The notes: generated from the letters alone by a model not told the origin. A stretch of DNA of 32,595 nucleotides from Treponematales bacterium (GCA_041741035.1 JBGSKZ010000366.1:1-32595); one strand, 5' to 3'. Positions 1-9,841 are shown, numbered from the stretch's first letter. Program-made: numbers and translations.

Positions 1-42
1 CCCGCCGGGCCGGCGCGCCGCTGGTGGCGGCCGGCTCCTTCG

Positions 43-1320
43 CTAGCGACGCTTGGGCAGCGTCTCGCTCTCCCATCGGGCTACCGCGGCGAGCCAATCG
101 GCTCCTACGGGCACGCCCTGGTCTAGGCAGTACTTGTCCCAGAGCGCCGCTAAGGGCAGGCTCTTGGCCTCCTCCATGAGGGCGAGGCGCTCGTGGTTGC
201 GTCCCGCGCGCTCCGCTTCGCGTATGAGCGCTATAGGCTCGAGGGACGCCTCAAGGAGGGCCTTCTGCAGTGCGCGCGCGCCTATGACCCAAGCGGCTAT
301 GCGGTTTATCGAAGCGTCGAAGTAGTCGAGCGCGATATCCACCCGGCCGAAGGCGTTCTGCCTGCTGAGTTCCCTGCATACGTCGCGCACCTCGTCGGAG
401 TACAGCGCCACGTGATCGGAATCCCAGCGCAGGCCGCGGCTCACGTGCAGGAGCAGGCCAGGCACGAAACCGAGCATGGCCGATATCTTGTCCGCTATGG
501 TCTCGGTGGGGTGGAAGTGCCCCATATCCATGCAGAGCTTCATGCCCCTGCTCACGGCGTAGCCCATGTAGAACTCATGGCTGCCCACGACATAGGCCTC
601 GCTGCCTATGCCGAAGAGCTTGCTCTCCACCGCGTCGCTTATCGTGCCCGCCGGCAGCTTGTCGGAAAAGAGTTCGTCGAGCGCTTCTATAAGGCGCTTA
701 CGCGGGCCGGAGCGGTCGGCGGGCAGGTCCTTGGAGCCGTCGGGTATCCACACGTTGTTCACGCAGGGATTGCCCTGCGCCGCGCCCATGGAGCTGGCTA
801 TGCGGCGCGAGGCCTTGCCGTGGCGTAGCCAGAAATCGCGTACCTTCTTATCGGGGCTGGCCAGGGTGTAGCCTGAGTCGGCCATGGGATGCGAAAAGAA
901 AGAAGGGTTAAAGTCAAGGCTTATGCCCCGCCCTTTAGCCCAAGCCATCCACGCGGAAAAATGCTCGGGCGCGAGCTCGTCGCGGGGCACGGGCTTCCCG
1001 CCGGTTTCGGCGTACATGGTGTGCAGGCTGAAGCGCTTTACGCCGGGCACCAGGGAGAAGGCGAGCTCGGCGTCCGCCCTCAGTTCGTTCGCGTCGCGTG
1101 CGCGCCCCGGATAATTGCCGGTGGCCAGTATTCCGCCGCCCGTTAAGCCGTCGGCGCCCTCGAAGCCCGTCACGTCGTCGCCCTGCCAGCAATGCAGCGA
1201 CACGGGTATGGCGCTTACGGCAGCCATGGCCGCGCCCGCGTCCACGCCGAGCTTGGCGTACTGCCCCTTGGCTATGGCATAGGCTTTTTCGACCGCTTCG
1301 GTATCGAGGTACTCTTTCAT
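43..1320 (-). CDS. rhaA: L-rhamnose isomerase
   Basis: 425 aa with RhaA motifs HCWQGDDV, GNYPG, DFNP, ESKLFGIG, VGSHEFY, HFHPTE, HVSRGLRWDSDH, DYFDASINR; AGGAG SD overlaps the upstream gene's TAG. Confidence 0.95.
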   Translation of the reverse strand: MKEYLDTEAVEKAYAIAKGQYAKLGVDAGAAMAAVSAIPVSLHCWQGDDVTGFEGADGLTGGGILATGNYPGRARDANELRADAELAFSLVPGVKRFSLHTMYAETGGKPVPRDELAPEHFSAWMAWAKGRGISLDFNPSFFSHPMADSGYTLASPDKKVRDFWLRHGKASRRIASSMGAAQGNPCVNNVWIPDGSKDLPADRSGPRKRLIEALDELFSDKLPAGTISDAVESKLFGIGSEAYVVGSHEFYMGYAVSRGMKLCMDMGHFHPTETIADKISAMLGFVPGLLLHVSRGLRWDSDHVALYSDEVRDVCRELSRQNAFGRVDIALDYFDASINRIAAWVIGARALQKALLEASLEPIALIREAERAGRNHERLALMEEAKSLPLAALWDKYCLDQGVPVGADWLAAVARWESETLPKRR

Positions 1321-1329
1321 CGCGCGCTC

Positions 1330-2487
1330 CTACTTGGAGGAAACCTTGGAGCGATAGCGCTCCACTTCCCAGTTGTTGATAAAATCTATCTGGTCCCAGC
1401 TCATGGGGCTGACGCCGCCGAAGGCTTCCGTATACGCGGCTACAGTGGCGGCATCCCGGAACAGCTCGGTGGCCAGGCGGGCGATCTTCTCGTTCCCGCC
1501 TTCCCCTATGCCGAATACGCCGAGGTTTTTTACCGCCGCCAGTTTAGGCCTGCGTCCCAGCCTGGCCACGAAGGCCTCGTACGCTCGCGCGAGGGCGGGG
1601 CCGCCGGCCTCGGCGTAGAGAAAGTCGCTGCCCGCGTATACGATATGGTCGGGCGTAAAAGGCCTGGCCACGGCGGCGAAGGCCTCGGGCGAGGCCGTAA
1701 GGCGCAAGAGCTCGGGGTCGGCCGCGTGCCATACGGCCGCCTCCTGATTCTCGCTATTGCCCCCGGGGACGCCGCAGAGAGCGGCCAGCTCGGCGCTGAC
1801 GGCCTTGGCCGCCGGCTCGAGAGCGGCGGCCCGCGCCTCCGGAAGGGGGCTAAAATCGGGCGTACGCGATATCTTCGCGCTTATGGCGTCCATGACCCGC
1901 CCGTAGACGGCGTCTATGCCGGCCACGCTGTCCGCCGCCACGAAAATACCGTGATTCTGCAGCAGTATGAAGGCGGGGCCTTTACCCGTACGGGCCACAT
2001 GGGCCGCGTATGCGTCGCGGACCGTCTTGGAAAGTATATAGCCGGGATTGGTAGAAGGTATCCACAGGCAGTCGTCGCCGAACAGCTCTAGCGCCGCGGC
2101 CTGCCCCCGCCTGGAGCAGCCTATGCCGTTGACGAGCGCGGGATGCGTATGCACCACGAAGGCGAAGGGCAGGGCGTCGTGCAGCAGGGTCTCCACGCTC
2201 GGCCGCTTATCCTCCTGGCCGGGGAAGCGGCTCGCCATGAGGTCGGCGAGCACGGCGCTCTCGCGCGCGTCCTCGCCAGCGGGATAGGGCGCTGTCCATA
2301 TAGCGGATAGGCGTTGCCTGTCCATTCTCACGAAGCCGCCCTCGCCGATTGAGTCGAGGGCCGCTCCCGAAGCCTTCACGAAGAGCTCCGCGCCGGTCTT
2401 ATAGGAGGTATTGCCGCCGCCGGCCACGACATAGCGGCGGTCTGAACCGTAACGGCGGGATACGCTGATCAGGTCATTCATGCTCAT
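1330..2487 (-). CDS. Class II aldolase/adducin-family protein, probably rhamnulose-1-phosphate aldolase-like, without an SDR domain
   Basis: GGGNTS, VKASG, PSVETLLH, HTHP and LQNHG metal-binding motifs; second domain with FTPDHIVY; directly upstream of rhaA. Confidence 0.8.
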   Translation of the reverse strand: MSMNDLISVSRRYGSDRRYVVAGGGNTSYKTGAELFVKASGAALDSIGEGGFVRMDRQRLSAIWTAPYPAGEDARESAVLADLMASRFPGQEDKRPSVETLLHDALPFAFVVHTHPALVNGIGCSRRGQAAALELFGDDCLWIPSTNPGYILSKTVRDAYAAHVARTGKGPAFILLQNHGIFVAADSVAGIDAVYGRVMDAISAKISRTPDFSPLPEARAAALEPAAKAVSAELAALCGVPGGNSENQEAAVWHAADPELLRLTASPEAFAAVARPFTPDHIVYAGSDFLYAEAGGPALARAYEAFVARLGRRPKLAAVKNLGVFGIGEGGNEKIARLATELFRDAATVAAYTEAFGGVSPMSWDQIDFINNWEVERYRSKVSSK

Positions 2488-2495
2488 GCTAAGGG

Positions 2496-2556
2496 AGTAT
2501 GGCTTCTCTCCGCGCAGGCGTGAATGGACAAAACCTATTGAAGTGATGGATTATCC
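2496..2556 (-). promoter_or_regulatory. Putative leaderless promoter of aldolase-rhaA with upstream direct-repeat activator box
   Basis: TTCACG(2519-2524)-17 nt-CATACT(2496-2501)-8 nt-ATG; boxes GGATAATCCA (2547-2556) and GTTTTGTCCA (2525-2534). Confidence 0.5.
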
Positions 2557-2613
2557 TGGGCTCCCGCGCGAGTCGGTTGACTCCCCGCTCTATCCCGTGC
2601 CCTACTATAGCGC

Positions 2614-3399
2614 ATGGACAAAGACCTTGAGCTTATACGCTCCAAGCGGGCCTTCATCATCGACATGGACGGCGTCATATACCATGGCAACCGCCTCCTC
2701 AAAGGCGCGTCGGAATTCGTGGCCTGGCTGGAAATGAAGGGCAAATCCTTCCTTTTCCTTACCAACTCAAGCGAACGCTCGCCGGTGGAACTGTCGCAGA
2801 AACTGGCCAGGCTGGGCATAGAGGTGGGGCCGGAGCATTTCTATACGAGCGCCCTCGCCACCGCGGCCTTCCTGGCCTCCCACAAGCCCGGCGGCTCGGT
2901 GTACGTCATAGGCGAGCCTGGCCTTATATCCGCGCTTTACGACGCGGGCTTCACGATGAACAATATCAATCCCGATTACGTGGTGGTGGGCGAAGGCAGA
3001 GGTTACAGCTTGGAAGCCCTGGACCGAGCCGTGCGCATGGTCATGGGCGGCGCTAGGCTCATAGGCACCAACCCCGACTTGAGCGGCCCCTCCGAGGGCG
3101 GCATAGTGCCGGCCTGCGGCGCTCTCGTCGCGCCCATAGAGCTGGCTACCGGGCGCAAAGCCTACTTCGTGGGCAAGCCCAATCCCCTGATGATGCGCCA
3201 CGCCATGAAGCGCATAAACGCCAAGCGGGAAGAGACGGCCATCGTGGGTGACCGCATGGATACCGATATCGTGGCCGGCGTGGAATCGGAAATAGAGACC
3301 GTGCTGGTGCTCTCCGGCGTTACCCAGCCCGCGGACCTTGACCGCTTCGCTTATAGGCCGCGCCACGTGCTCGAAGGCGTATTTGAGATACCGGACTAA
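2614..3399 (+). CDS. HAD-IIA (NagD-like) phosphatase
   Basis: DMDGV motif I, LTNSS, GKPNP, GDRMDTD, VLSGVT. Confidence 0.9.
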   Translation: MDKDLELIRSKRAFIIDMDGVIYHGNRLLKGASEFVAWLEMKGKSFLFLTNSSERSPVELSQKLARLGIEVGPEHFYTSALATAAFLASHKPGGSVYVIGEPGLISALYDAGFTMNNINPDYVVVGEGRGYSLEALDRAVRMVMGGARLIGTNPDLSGPSEGGIVPACGALVAPIELATGRKAYFVGKPNPLMMRHAMKRINAKREETAIVGDRMDTDIVAGVESEIETVLVLSGVTQPADLDRFAYRPRHVLEGVFEIPD

Positions 3400-3434
3400 A
3401 AGAAAAAAGCCCGCGGCGCCTGGGCGCCGCGGGC
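3398..3434 (-). terminator. Intrinsic terminator of the ABC transporter operon
   Basis: GCCCGCGGCGCC-TG-GGCGCCGCGGGC inverted repeat followed on the minus strand by TTTTTTCTTTT, between convergent genes. Confidence 0.85.
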
Positions 3435-3461
3435 CGATAGCCGTCTAGCGGCTATGCCTCA

Positions 3462-4418
3462 TTACTGATAGATAACGCCCTGCACCTCGGGGCTGTTCAT
3501 GTTGGCCTTGTCGGCCCATACGTAGCCGGAGTCCACGTGCTTGGGAGGAGTCTCGCCCTTCATGGCGCGGACGGCCCACTCTACGGTCTTGTAGCCCATG
3601 AGTACGGGGTTCTGCTGGACGGCGCCGTACATGAGGCCGCTCATGATAGCGTCTATCTGGAGCTTGCCGGAGTCGTAGCCTATGATGATGAGCTTGCCTT
3701 CCATCTTCAGTTCTTTAACCGCGTTGACCACGCCTATGGCGGAGCCTTCGTTGGCGCCGAAGTAGCCCTTAAGGTCGGGGTTGCCGTTGATGACGGCCTT
3801 GGCTATCTCGGTGGACCTCAGGTGGTCGCCGCCGCCGTACTGGGGCTCGAGCACCTGGATGTCGGGATACTTTTCCTTCATGCGCTTCACGAAACCGTCG
3901 CGGCGGTCTATGCCGGTGCGGCTGGTCTGGTCGTGCACGAGGACGGCTACCTTGCCCTTATAGCCTATAGCCTCGGCCATCTTATCGGCGGCGAGGCCCG
4001 CGGCCACGAGATTGTCCGTGGATACGGTGGTAAGGGGGATGGTGGAATCGACGCCGGAGTCGAAGGCTATGATCGGGATCTTCTTGGCCTGGGCCTGCTG
4101 CAGTATGGGAATGACGGCCTTGCTATCCAGGGCGGCTATGCCGAGGGCCTTGGGGTTCTTGCCCAGGGCAGCCTGGAGCATCTCGATCTGCTTGTCCACC
4201 TGCGCTTCGGTCTCGGGGCCTTCGAAGGTGATCTGCACGTTGAGGTCCTTGGCGGCGTTCTGGGCGCCCTGCTTAACGGCCTGCCAGAACTGGTGCTGGA
4301 AACCCTTGGAAATCAGCGGGATGTACACAGCGTCCGACGCGGCTTCCTTGCTGCCCGCGGCGAAGGCGCTGACGCCAAGCATGGCGACTAAGAGTACGGC
4401 GATCAACAGTTTCTTCAT
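3462..4418 (-). CDS. Sugar ABC transporter substrate-binding protein (RbsB/CUT2 type)
   Basis: Signal peptide; SKGFQHQFWQAV, FDSG, TDN, IGYDS, QNPVLMGY; AGGAGG SD. Confidence 0.9.
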   Translation of the reverse strand: MKKLLIAVLLVAMLGVSAFAAGSKEAASDAVYIPLISKGFQHQFWQAVKQGAQNAAKDLNVQITFEGPETEAQVDKQIEMLQAALGKNPKALGIAALDSKAVIPILQQAQAKKIPIIAFDSGVDSTIPLTTVSTDNLVAAGLAADKMAEAIGYKGKVAVLVHDQTSRTGIDRRDGFVKRMKEKYPDIQVLEPQYGGGDHLRSTEIAKAVINGNPDLKGYFGANEGSAIGVVNAVKELKMEGKLIIIGYDSGKLQIDAIMSGLMYGAVQQNPVLMGYKTVEWAVRAMKGETPPKHVDSGYVWADKANMNSPEVQGVIYQ

Positions 4419-4501
4419 ATCTTCCTCCTGTTGGGCTTACCGGCGCTTATTACCGTACCGGTTTCCCTATTTCGATAGCCAACGGCTATTGGTACCTACG
4501 T

Positions 4502-5467
4502 TTATTTGACCTTGCGGCGCATGATGTCCAGGTATACCGCGCCTATGACGATGAGCCCCGTTACCACCATCTGCCATTCCTGGGGCACGGACAGTATGCG
4601 CAGGCCGTTCGTCAACACCGTTATGATGAACGCGCCTATGACGGTGCCGAGTATCGAGCCTTCCCCGCCGGAGAGCGAGGTGCCGCCTATGACCGCGGCC
4701 GCTATGGCGTCCAGCTCGTAGCCTGCGCCGAGCGCGGGCTGGGCCGATTGGAGCCGGCTGGCCATGACCAGGCCCGCTATGCCGGCGAAGGCGCCGCCAA
4801 GGGCGTATATGCCCATTTTCCAGGCGTCGGTATTAATGCCCGAGAGGCGCGCGGCCTCTTCGTTGGAGCCTATGGCGAAGGCATAGCGGCCGAGTATGGT
4901 CTTGGTGAGTATGAAGGCCGCCACTATGGCCGCCACGAAGAAGATGACCACGCCCATGGGAATACCGAACACGGGCATGGTGGCGATCTTGGCGAAATCG
5001 GGCGTGTCCACGAAGTATACGGGCTTGACCCCCGAGAGTATGAGGTTGAGGCCCTTGGTCACCATCATCATGCCCAGGGTGGCTATGAAGGGCGGGATCT
5101 TGAGCTTAGTAATATTGAAGCCGTTTACCAGGCCGCAAAGCGCGCCCGCCAGTATGCCCGCCACTATGCCCAGGGGTATGGGCAGCTTCCACATGGTTAT
5201 GAATACGCCGGCCATGACGGAGCCGAAGGTCATGACCGTGCCTATGGAAAGGTCTATGCCGCCGGTAATGATGATGAAGGTAACGCCTACGGCCAAGATG
5301 CCGTTGACGGCGGTGGCCAGCAGTATGCCTATAAGATTGTCAGGCCTGAAGAAGTTCGGCGATGCCACGCTGAAAAGTATGAGGAGCACGACCAGGCTGG
5401 CGAAGGCCAAAATGGTCTGCGTAGCCTTGGGATTCAGACGCTTATTCGTCGCGACGGTGTTTGCCAT
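4502..5467 (-). CDS. Sugar ABC transporter permease (RbsC type)
   Basis: GGIDLSIG, PPFIATLG, GSNEEAARLSGI, ELDAIAAAVIGGTSLSGG; start moved to MANTV (5467) because the longer ORF overlaps the ATPase and GGGAG/AGGA precedes this ATG. Confidence 0.9.
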   Translation of the reverse strand: MANTVATNKRLNPKATQTILAFASLVVLLILFSVASPNFFRPDNLIGILLATAVNGILAVGVTFIIITGGIDLSIGTVMTFGSVMAGVFITMWKLPIPLGIVAGILAGALCGLVNGFNITKLKIPPFIATLGMMMVTKGLNLILSGVKPVYFVDTPDFAKIATMPVFGIPMGVVIFFVAAIVAAFILTKTILGRYAFAIGSNEEAARLSGINTDAWKMGIYALGGAFAGIAGLVMASRLQSAQPALGAGYELDAIAAAVIGGTSLSGGEGSILGTVIGAFIITVLTNGLRILSVPQEWQMVVTGLIVIGAVYLDIMRRKVK

Positions 5468-5484
5468 GATATTCCTGTTCTCCC

Positions 5485-6984
5485 TTAATTCCGTAAGGTC
5501 GCCAAATGCATTATTTTTTCCTGCGTGCACTCGCCGGCCTGCAGTATCCCCGTTACTTTGCCTTCGCACATGACCACTACCCGGTGGCTCATGCGGAGTA
5601 TCTCGGGCAATTCCGAGGAAATCATGATGATGGCCTTGCCCTGGTCGGCCAGCTCGTTGAGCAGCCTGTAGATTTCGCTCTTAGCCCCCACGTCTATGCC
5701 CCTGGTGGGCTCGTCGAAGATGAGTATGTCGCAATCCCGCACCAGCCATTTGCTTATGACTACCTTCTGCTGATTGCCGCCCGAGAGGTTCTGCGTTTTC
5801 TGGTCTATGCTGGGCGTCTTGGTATTCAGGCGGTTCACGTAATCTTCGGCCACGCTCCGTATGCGCCTGTCGTCCACGATCATAAGCGACTTAAGGAAGC
5901 GCGGCAGCGAAGCCATGACGGTATTGGTGCCCACGCTCAAGCCGAGGGCCAGGCCGTACTGCTTGCGGTCCTCGGACAGATAGCCTATGCCGTGGCCCAC
6001 CGCGTCTTTGGGATGCTTTATGGCCACCTTGCGGCCCTTCACGTACACCTCGCCGGAATCGAGGGCGTCCGCGCCGAATATGGCGCGGGCGGTTTCAGTG
6101 CGCCCCGCCCCTAGAAGGCCAGCGAAGCCCAGTATTTCGCCGCGGTGCAGCGTAAAAGACACGTCGCGCACGCGCCTGCCCCTGCAGAGGCCCTTCACTT
6201 CCAGGACCCGCTCGGCCTTGGAGGTATCGCCATGGGGGTGGCTGGATTCGAATACCGCGCGGCCCACCATCTGGGCTATGATCTGCTCTATGCTTATATC
6301 CTTCATCGCGCTGGTGGCGACGTAGCAGCCGTCGCGCATGACCGTGACGCGGTCGCATATGCGCTTAAGCTCGTCCATACGATGCGATATGTACACGATG
6401 CCCTTGCCCTGGGCCTTAAGGTCAGCGATAACGCGGAAGAGGTCCTCTATCTCGGTATCGCTTAAGGCGGAGGTGGGCTCGTCCATGATGAGCACGTCCA
6501 TATTGAAGGACAGCGCCTTGGCTATCTCTACCATCTGCTGCTTGGCCACGGTGAGCTCGGATACCTTTACCTGCGGATCGAGGTCCAGGTTTATGCGCTT
6601 AAAGAGTTCCCGGGTCTTTTCGTTGATGGCAACGTCGTCCACGAGCGCGCGCATGCCCTTTTTATGCTCGCGGCCTATGTAGATATTCTGGGCCGCGCTC
6701 AGGTGCTTCATGAGGTTGAGTTCCTGGTGGATGATGCTTATGCCCAGGCTTTGCGCCTGTTTGGTAGTGTGCAGCTCTATAGCCTTGCCCCTGAGCTCTA
6801 TCCTGCCCGCGTCCTTTTGATAGACGCCCGACAGTATCTTCATCAGGGTAGACTTGCCCGCGCCGTTTTCGCCCACGAGGGCATGGACCTCTCCGGCGCT
6901 CAGTTCAAAGCGGCAATCGTCGAGCGCGTGCACGCCGGGGAAGCGCTTATCTATCCCCTCCATCCGTATAAGCGTATCGTTCAT
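5485..6984 (-). CDS. Sugar ABC transporter ATP-binding protein (RbsA type, two NBDs)
   Basis: GENGAGKST, MDEPT, ISHRMDE, LSGGNQQKV, FDEPTRGIDVGAK. Confidence 0.93.
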   Translation of the reverse strand: MNDTLIRMEGIDKRFPGVHALDDCRFELSAGEVHALVGENGAGKSTLMKILSGVYQKDAGRIELRGKAIELHTTKQAQSLGISIIHQELNLMKHLSAAQNIYIGREHKKGMRALVDDVAINEKTRELFKRINLDLDPQVKVSELTVAKQQMVEIAKALSFNMDVLIMDEPTSALSDTEIEDLFRVIADLKAQGKGIVYISHRMDELKRICDRVTVMRDGCYVATSAMKDISIEQIIAQMVGRAVFESSHPHGDTSKAERVLEVKGLCRGRRVRDVSFTLHRGEILGFAGLLGAGRTETARAIFGADALDSGEVYVKGRKVAIKHPKDAVGHGIGYLSEDRKQYGLALGLSVGTNTVMASLPRFLKSLMIVDDRRIRSVAEDYVNRLNTKTPSIDQKTQNLSGGNQQKVVISKWLVRDCDILIFDEPTRGIDVGAKSEIYRLLNELADQGKAIIMISSELPEILRMSHRVVVMCEGKVTGILQAGECTQEKIMHLATLRN

Positions 6985-6990
6985 AGCTGC

Positions 6991-7050
6991 ATGATGAGGC
7001 AGCTTTTTTAATCGGTATATGCATTATTCTCTTCAAAAAGTAGAAAATCC
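6991..7050 (-). promoter_or_regulatory. Putative leaderless, activator-dependent promoter of the ABC operon
   Basis: CATCAT(6991-6996)-6 nt-ATG, no SD, poor -35; GGATTTTCTA (7041-7050) and GAATAATGCA (7020-7029) 21 bp apart. Confidence 0.5.
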
Positions 7051-8036
7051 TACTCGGCGAAGGGAAAGAGCAGCTTCTGGTTTTCAGGCAGGTAGAGGTT
7101 ATCCGCCGTGATGAGCACCGAGCCCGTATCGATAAAGCGGGCCTGGGGCACCTTATTGATAGCGTCCAAAGCGGCGCGCACGGACAGGTAGCCCATGGCG
7201 AAGGGTTTTTGTATAACCGTCGCGTCGAGCACGCCGCGCTCTATGAATTTTATCTCCTCCAGGGAGCTGTCGAAGCCTAAGAGCCTAACCCGGCCCGCGA
7301 AGCCCGCGTCCACCAAAGCCTGCGCAGCGCCTACCGTCGACACCTCATTCATGGCCAATATCGCGCCGAGATCCGGATACCGCCTGGTTAGGTCAAGGGC
7401 GATGGCATAGGCGTTTTCCAGGAAATTATTGGTGAACCAGGTGCCCAATATGGGGTAACGGCCGTCTTTCTCGAGCGCCTTGCGTACGCCGGCCTCGCGC
7501 TCGATCGCCGTGGTGGCTCCCGGCACATGGTTAATAATGGCCACGCTCCTACCGGGCTCGAGCAGGGAGGGCAGGAGATGCCCGAGCTTCTCGGCCGCCT
7601 CTGCGCTATTGGTGGCCACGAAGCTCACCGGTATATCGCTGTCTATCCCCGAGTCCAGGGTGATGACGGGTATGCCCGCAGCCTCGGCGCGCTCCACGTA
7701 GGGTATAAGGGCCGTGTAGTCGGTGGCCGAGAGCACGATAACGGTGGGCCGGTCCTTAATCACCGTATCCATGATAGCCTTCTGCCCCTCCACGTCGCTC
7801 TCCATCCACGGGCCGTATATCTCGAGGCGCGCTGAGAATTCGGTCGCGGCGGTCTGCATGCCGCTTTTTACGACCTCCCAGAACTCCATATTAGAATCAA
7901 TGGTCTTGAGCACGGCCGCTATCCTCGGCGACGCGCGCTGCGCCGGCGTGCCCGCGATATAGAGTATGATGAAGCTTCCTATGAAGATTATGCCCATTAA
8001 AATGGCGGGTACCACGAAGGGGGCGATTCTTTTCAT
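7050..8036 (-). CDS. Membrane-anchored sugar-binding protein associated with the two-component system
   Basis: N-terminal hydrophobic helix, EFWEVVKSG, LDSG, VATN, GFDSS, QKPFAMGY; ATGA overlap with the kinase gene. Confidence 0.85.
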   Translation of the reverse strand: MKRIAPFVVPAILMGIIFIGSFIILYIAGTPAQRASPRIAAVLKTIDSNMEFWEVVKSGMQTAATEFSARLEIYGPWMESDVEGQKAIMDTVIKDRPTVIVLSATDYTALIPYVERAEAAGIPVITLDSGIDSDIPVSFVATNSAEAAEKLGHLLPSLLEPGRSVAIINHVPGATTAIEREAGVRKALEKDGRYPILGTWFTNNFLENAYAIALDLTRRYPDLGAILAMNEVSTVGAAQALVDAGFAGRVRLLGFDSSLEEIKFIERGVLDATVIQKPFAMGYLSVRAALDAINKVPQARFIDTGSVLITADNLYLPENQKLLFPFAE

Positions 8037-9841
8037 AGCTCTGCTTCTCCTATGGGAAGGGCGGGCAGGCGCACGCGCACCAGGGTGCCGCCATCCTCTT
8101 CGCTCTCGTAGCTCAGGCCGAAGCCGGGGCCGAAATAAAGCTTGATGCGCTCGTCGACATTGCGCACGCCAAGCCCGCTATGCGGGGAATAGCCCTCCCC
8201 GTCGTCGACCGGGTCTCCACCCGCGAGCGTGGCCCGAAGGCGGGCGAGCTGAGCCTCGTCCATGCCTACCCCGTCGTCGCGCACCGTAAGCTCGATGCCG
8301 GCCTCCGTCTTCATGCCCGCGATCGTTATGATACCCGTGCCTGCCTTATTCTTTATGCCGTGGTAGATGGCGTTCTCGACTAGGGGCTGCAGTATGATCT
8401 TGACGGTACGGTAGCCCTTCAGCTCCTCGGGCACCTCGAGCCGGTAATCAAGCTTATCCTTATACCGTATCTTCTGGATGGTAAGGTAGTTCGATACGTG
8501 CTCCACCTCGGAGGCTAGGTCGATAACCTCCTTGCCCCTGCTAATGCTCAGCCTGAATAGCCGCGCGAGCGCGGAACTCATCGCTATGACTTCCTGCTGC
8601 TTCTTTCCCTCGGCCATCCAGATAATCGAGTCCAGGGTATTGTAGAGGAAATGCGGATTGATCTGCATCTGCAGGGCCTTAAGCTCGCTCTTGCGCTTCT
8701 GCTCCTGCTGCTCGGTGATCCTCTGCAGAAGCAGCTTAATCTCGGAGGTCATTATGTTGAAGTCTTTGCCCAGCTCGCCTATCTCGTTGCCGCTGCGTAT
8801 GTCCGCCTGCACGTCGAAATCGCCGCGCTCCACCGCCTGCATGGATTTTCGTAGCAGTTTGATGGGCTTGGATATGCGCTGCGACACCGCCATGGACAGC
8901 AGTATGGCTATGATGAAAAAGGCCAGCCCCCAGAAAGCGTAGGTACGGCGTATGGTATCCCGGTTCTCCACGAGCTCGCTGCGGTAGTTAACGCCCACCA
9001 CCTTCCAGCCCGTGCTGCCCATAGTCTTTATGCTATAAAGCAGGTCGCTGCCTTCGCTCGCCTCCGTGAAGTACTCGTCGCCCGCCGACACGATCAGCGG
9101 GATATTCTCGCTTTTAAGGCCGCCGTAGATGAGCTGCTGCTGGGGGTGATAGACGATCTCGCCGTTCCTGTCCACGATGAAAATGTAGCCGCGCTTGCCG
9201 AGCTCGATCGAGCTGCATATACGCTCGATCACGTCGAAATTGAGGTCGACGAGGAGCATGCCCGCCCCCTGGCCGCCGCTGCCGTCCAGAATCTCGCGGG
9301 ACAGCGATATTACCCAAATATAGCGGTCCAATATGACGTTCTGCACGTGCGAGGACGAAACGACCGAGCGCCCGCCCGCCTTTTGCGCGAGGCCGAACCA
9401 GGACTGCCGTGCCGGCTCGGCGAAGGGATTGAGCTTATGGCCCGGGTCGTCGGCTATGAAACCGCCCTCGTAGTCGAACACGGCCACCAGCGAAATGTCT
9501 TTTCGGCTGCGCACGAGCGTGCTCAAAAGGGCGCTGGCGCCGGGCCCGGCCCTGTCCCTGCGCTCGGCGCTGGGCGCTGCTAGGAATTCCTGCACGTCGC
9601 GGTCCGCCTGCACGAACACGGATACGCTGTCCATATAATCGATATAGGATTCTATATTCGCGGCGACCTGGTTCACCAGCTGCTGCGTGTAGCGCCGCGA
9701 CGCTATGCGCGCGGTTTCCTCGGTGAGCGAGAAGGCTATGAGTATGGCCCCCACGATGATAGACACCGCTATGATCGAGAACGCGAGCGCCATGCTCACC
9801 TGTATGCTGTGGTGGCGGGTATCAGGATTGCCGCGGTTCAT
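8033..9841 (-). CDS. YesM/LytS-like sensor histidine kinase (Cache-like, HAMP, HATPase)
   Basis: Two TM helices, HAMP (EIGELGKDFN), LQMQINPHFLYNTLD, LQPLVENAIYHG, DDGVG, GLGVRNV. Confidence 0.92.
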   Translation of the reverse strand: MNRGNPDTRHHSIQVSMALAFSIIAVSIIVGAILIAFSLTEETARIASRRYTQQLVNQVAANIESYIDYMDSVSVFVQADRDVQEFLAAPSAERRDRAGPGASALLSTLVRSRKDISLVAVFDYEGGFIADDPGHKLNPFAEPARQSWFGLAQKAGGRSVVSSSHVQNVILDRYIWVISLSREILDGSGGQGAGMLLVDLNFDVIERICSSIELGKRGYIFIVDRNGEIVYHPQQQLIYGGLKSENIPLIVSAGDEYFTEASEGSDLLYSIKTMGSTGWKVVGVNYRSELVENRDTIRRTYAFWGLAFFIIAILLSMAVSQRISKPIKLLRKSMQAVERGDFDVQADIRSGNEIGELGKDFNIMTSEIKLLLQRITEQQEQKRKSELKALQMQINPHFLYNTLDSIIWMAEGKKQQEVIAMSSALARLFRLSISRGKEVIDLASEVEHVSNYLTIQKIRYKDKLDYRLEVPEELKGYRTVKIILQPLVENAIYHGIKNKAGTGIITIAGMKTEAGIELTVRDDGVGMDEAQLARLRATLAGGDPVDDGEGYSPHSGLGVRNVDERIKLYFGPGFGLSYESEEDGGTLVRVRLPALPIGEAEL

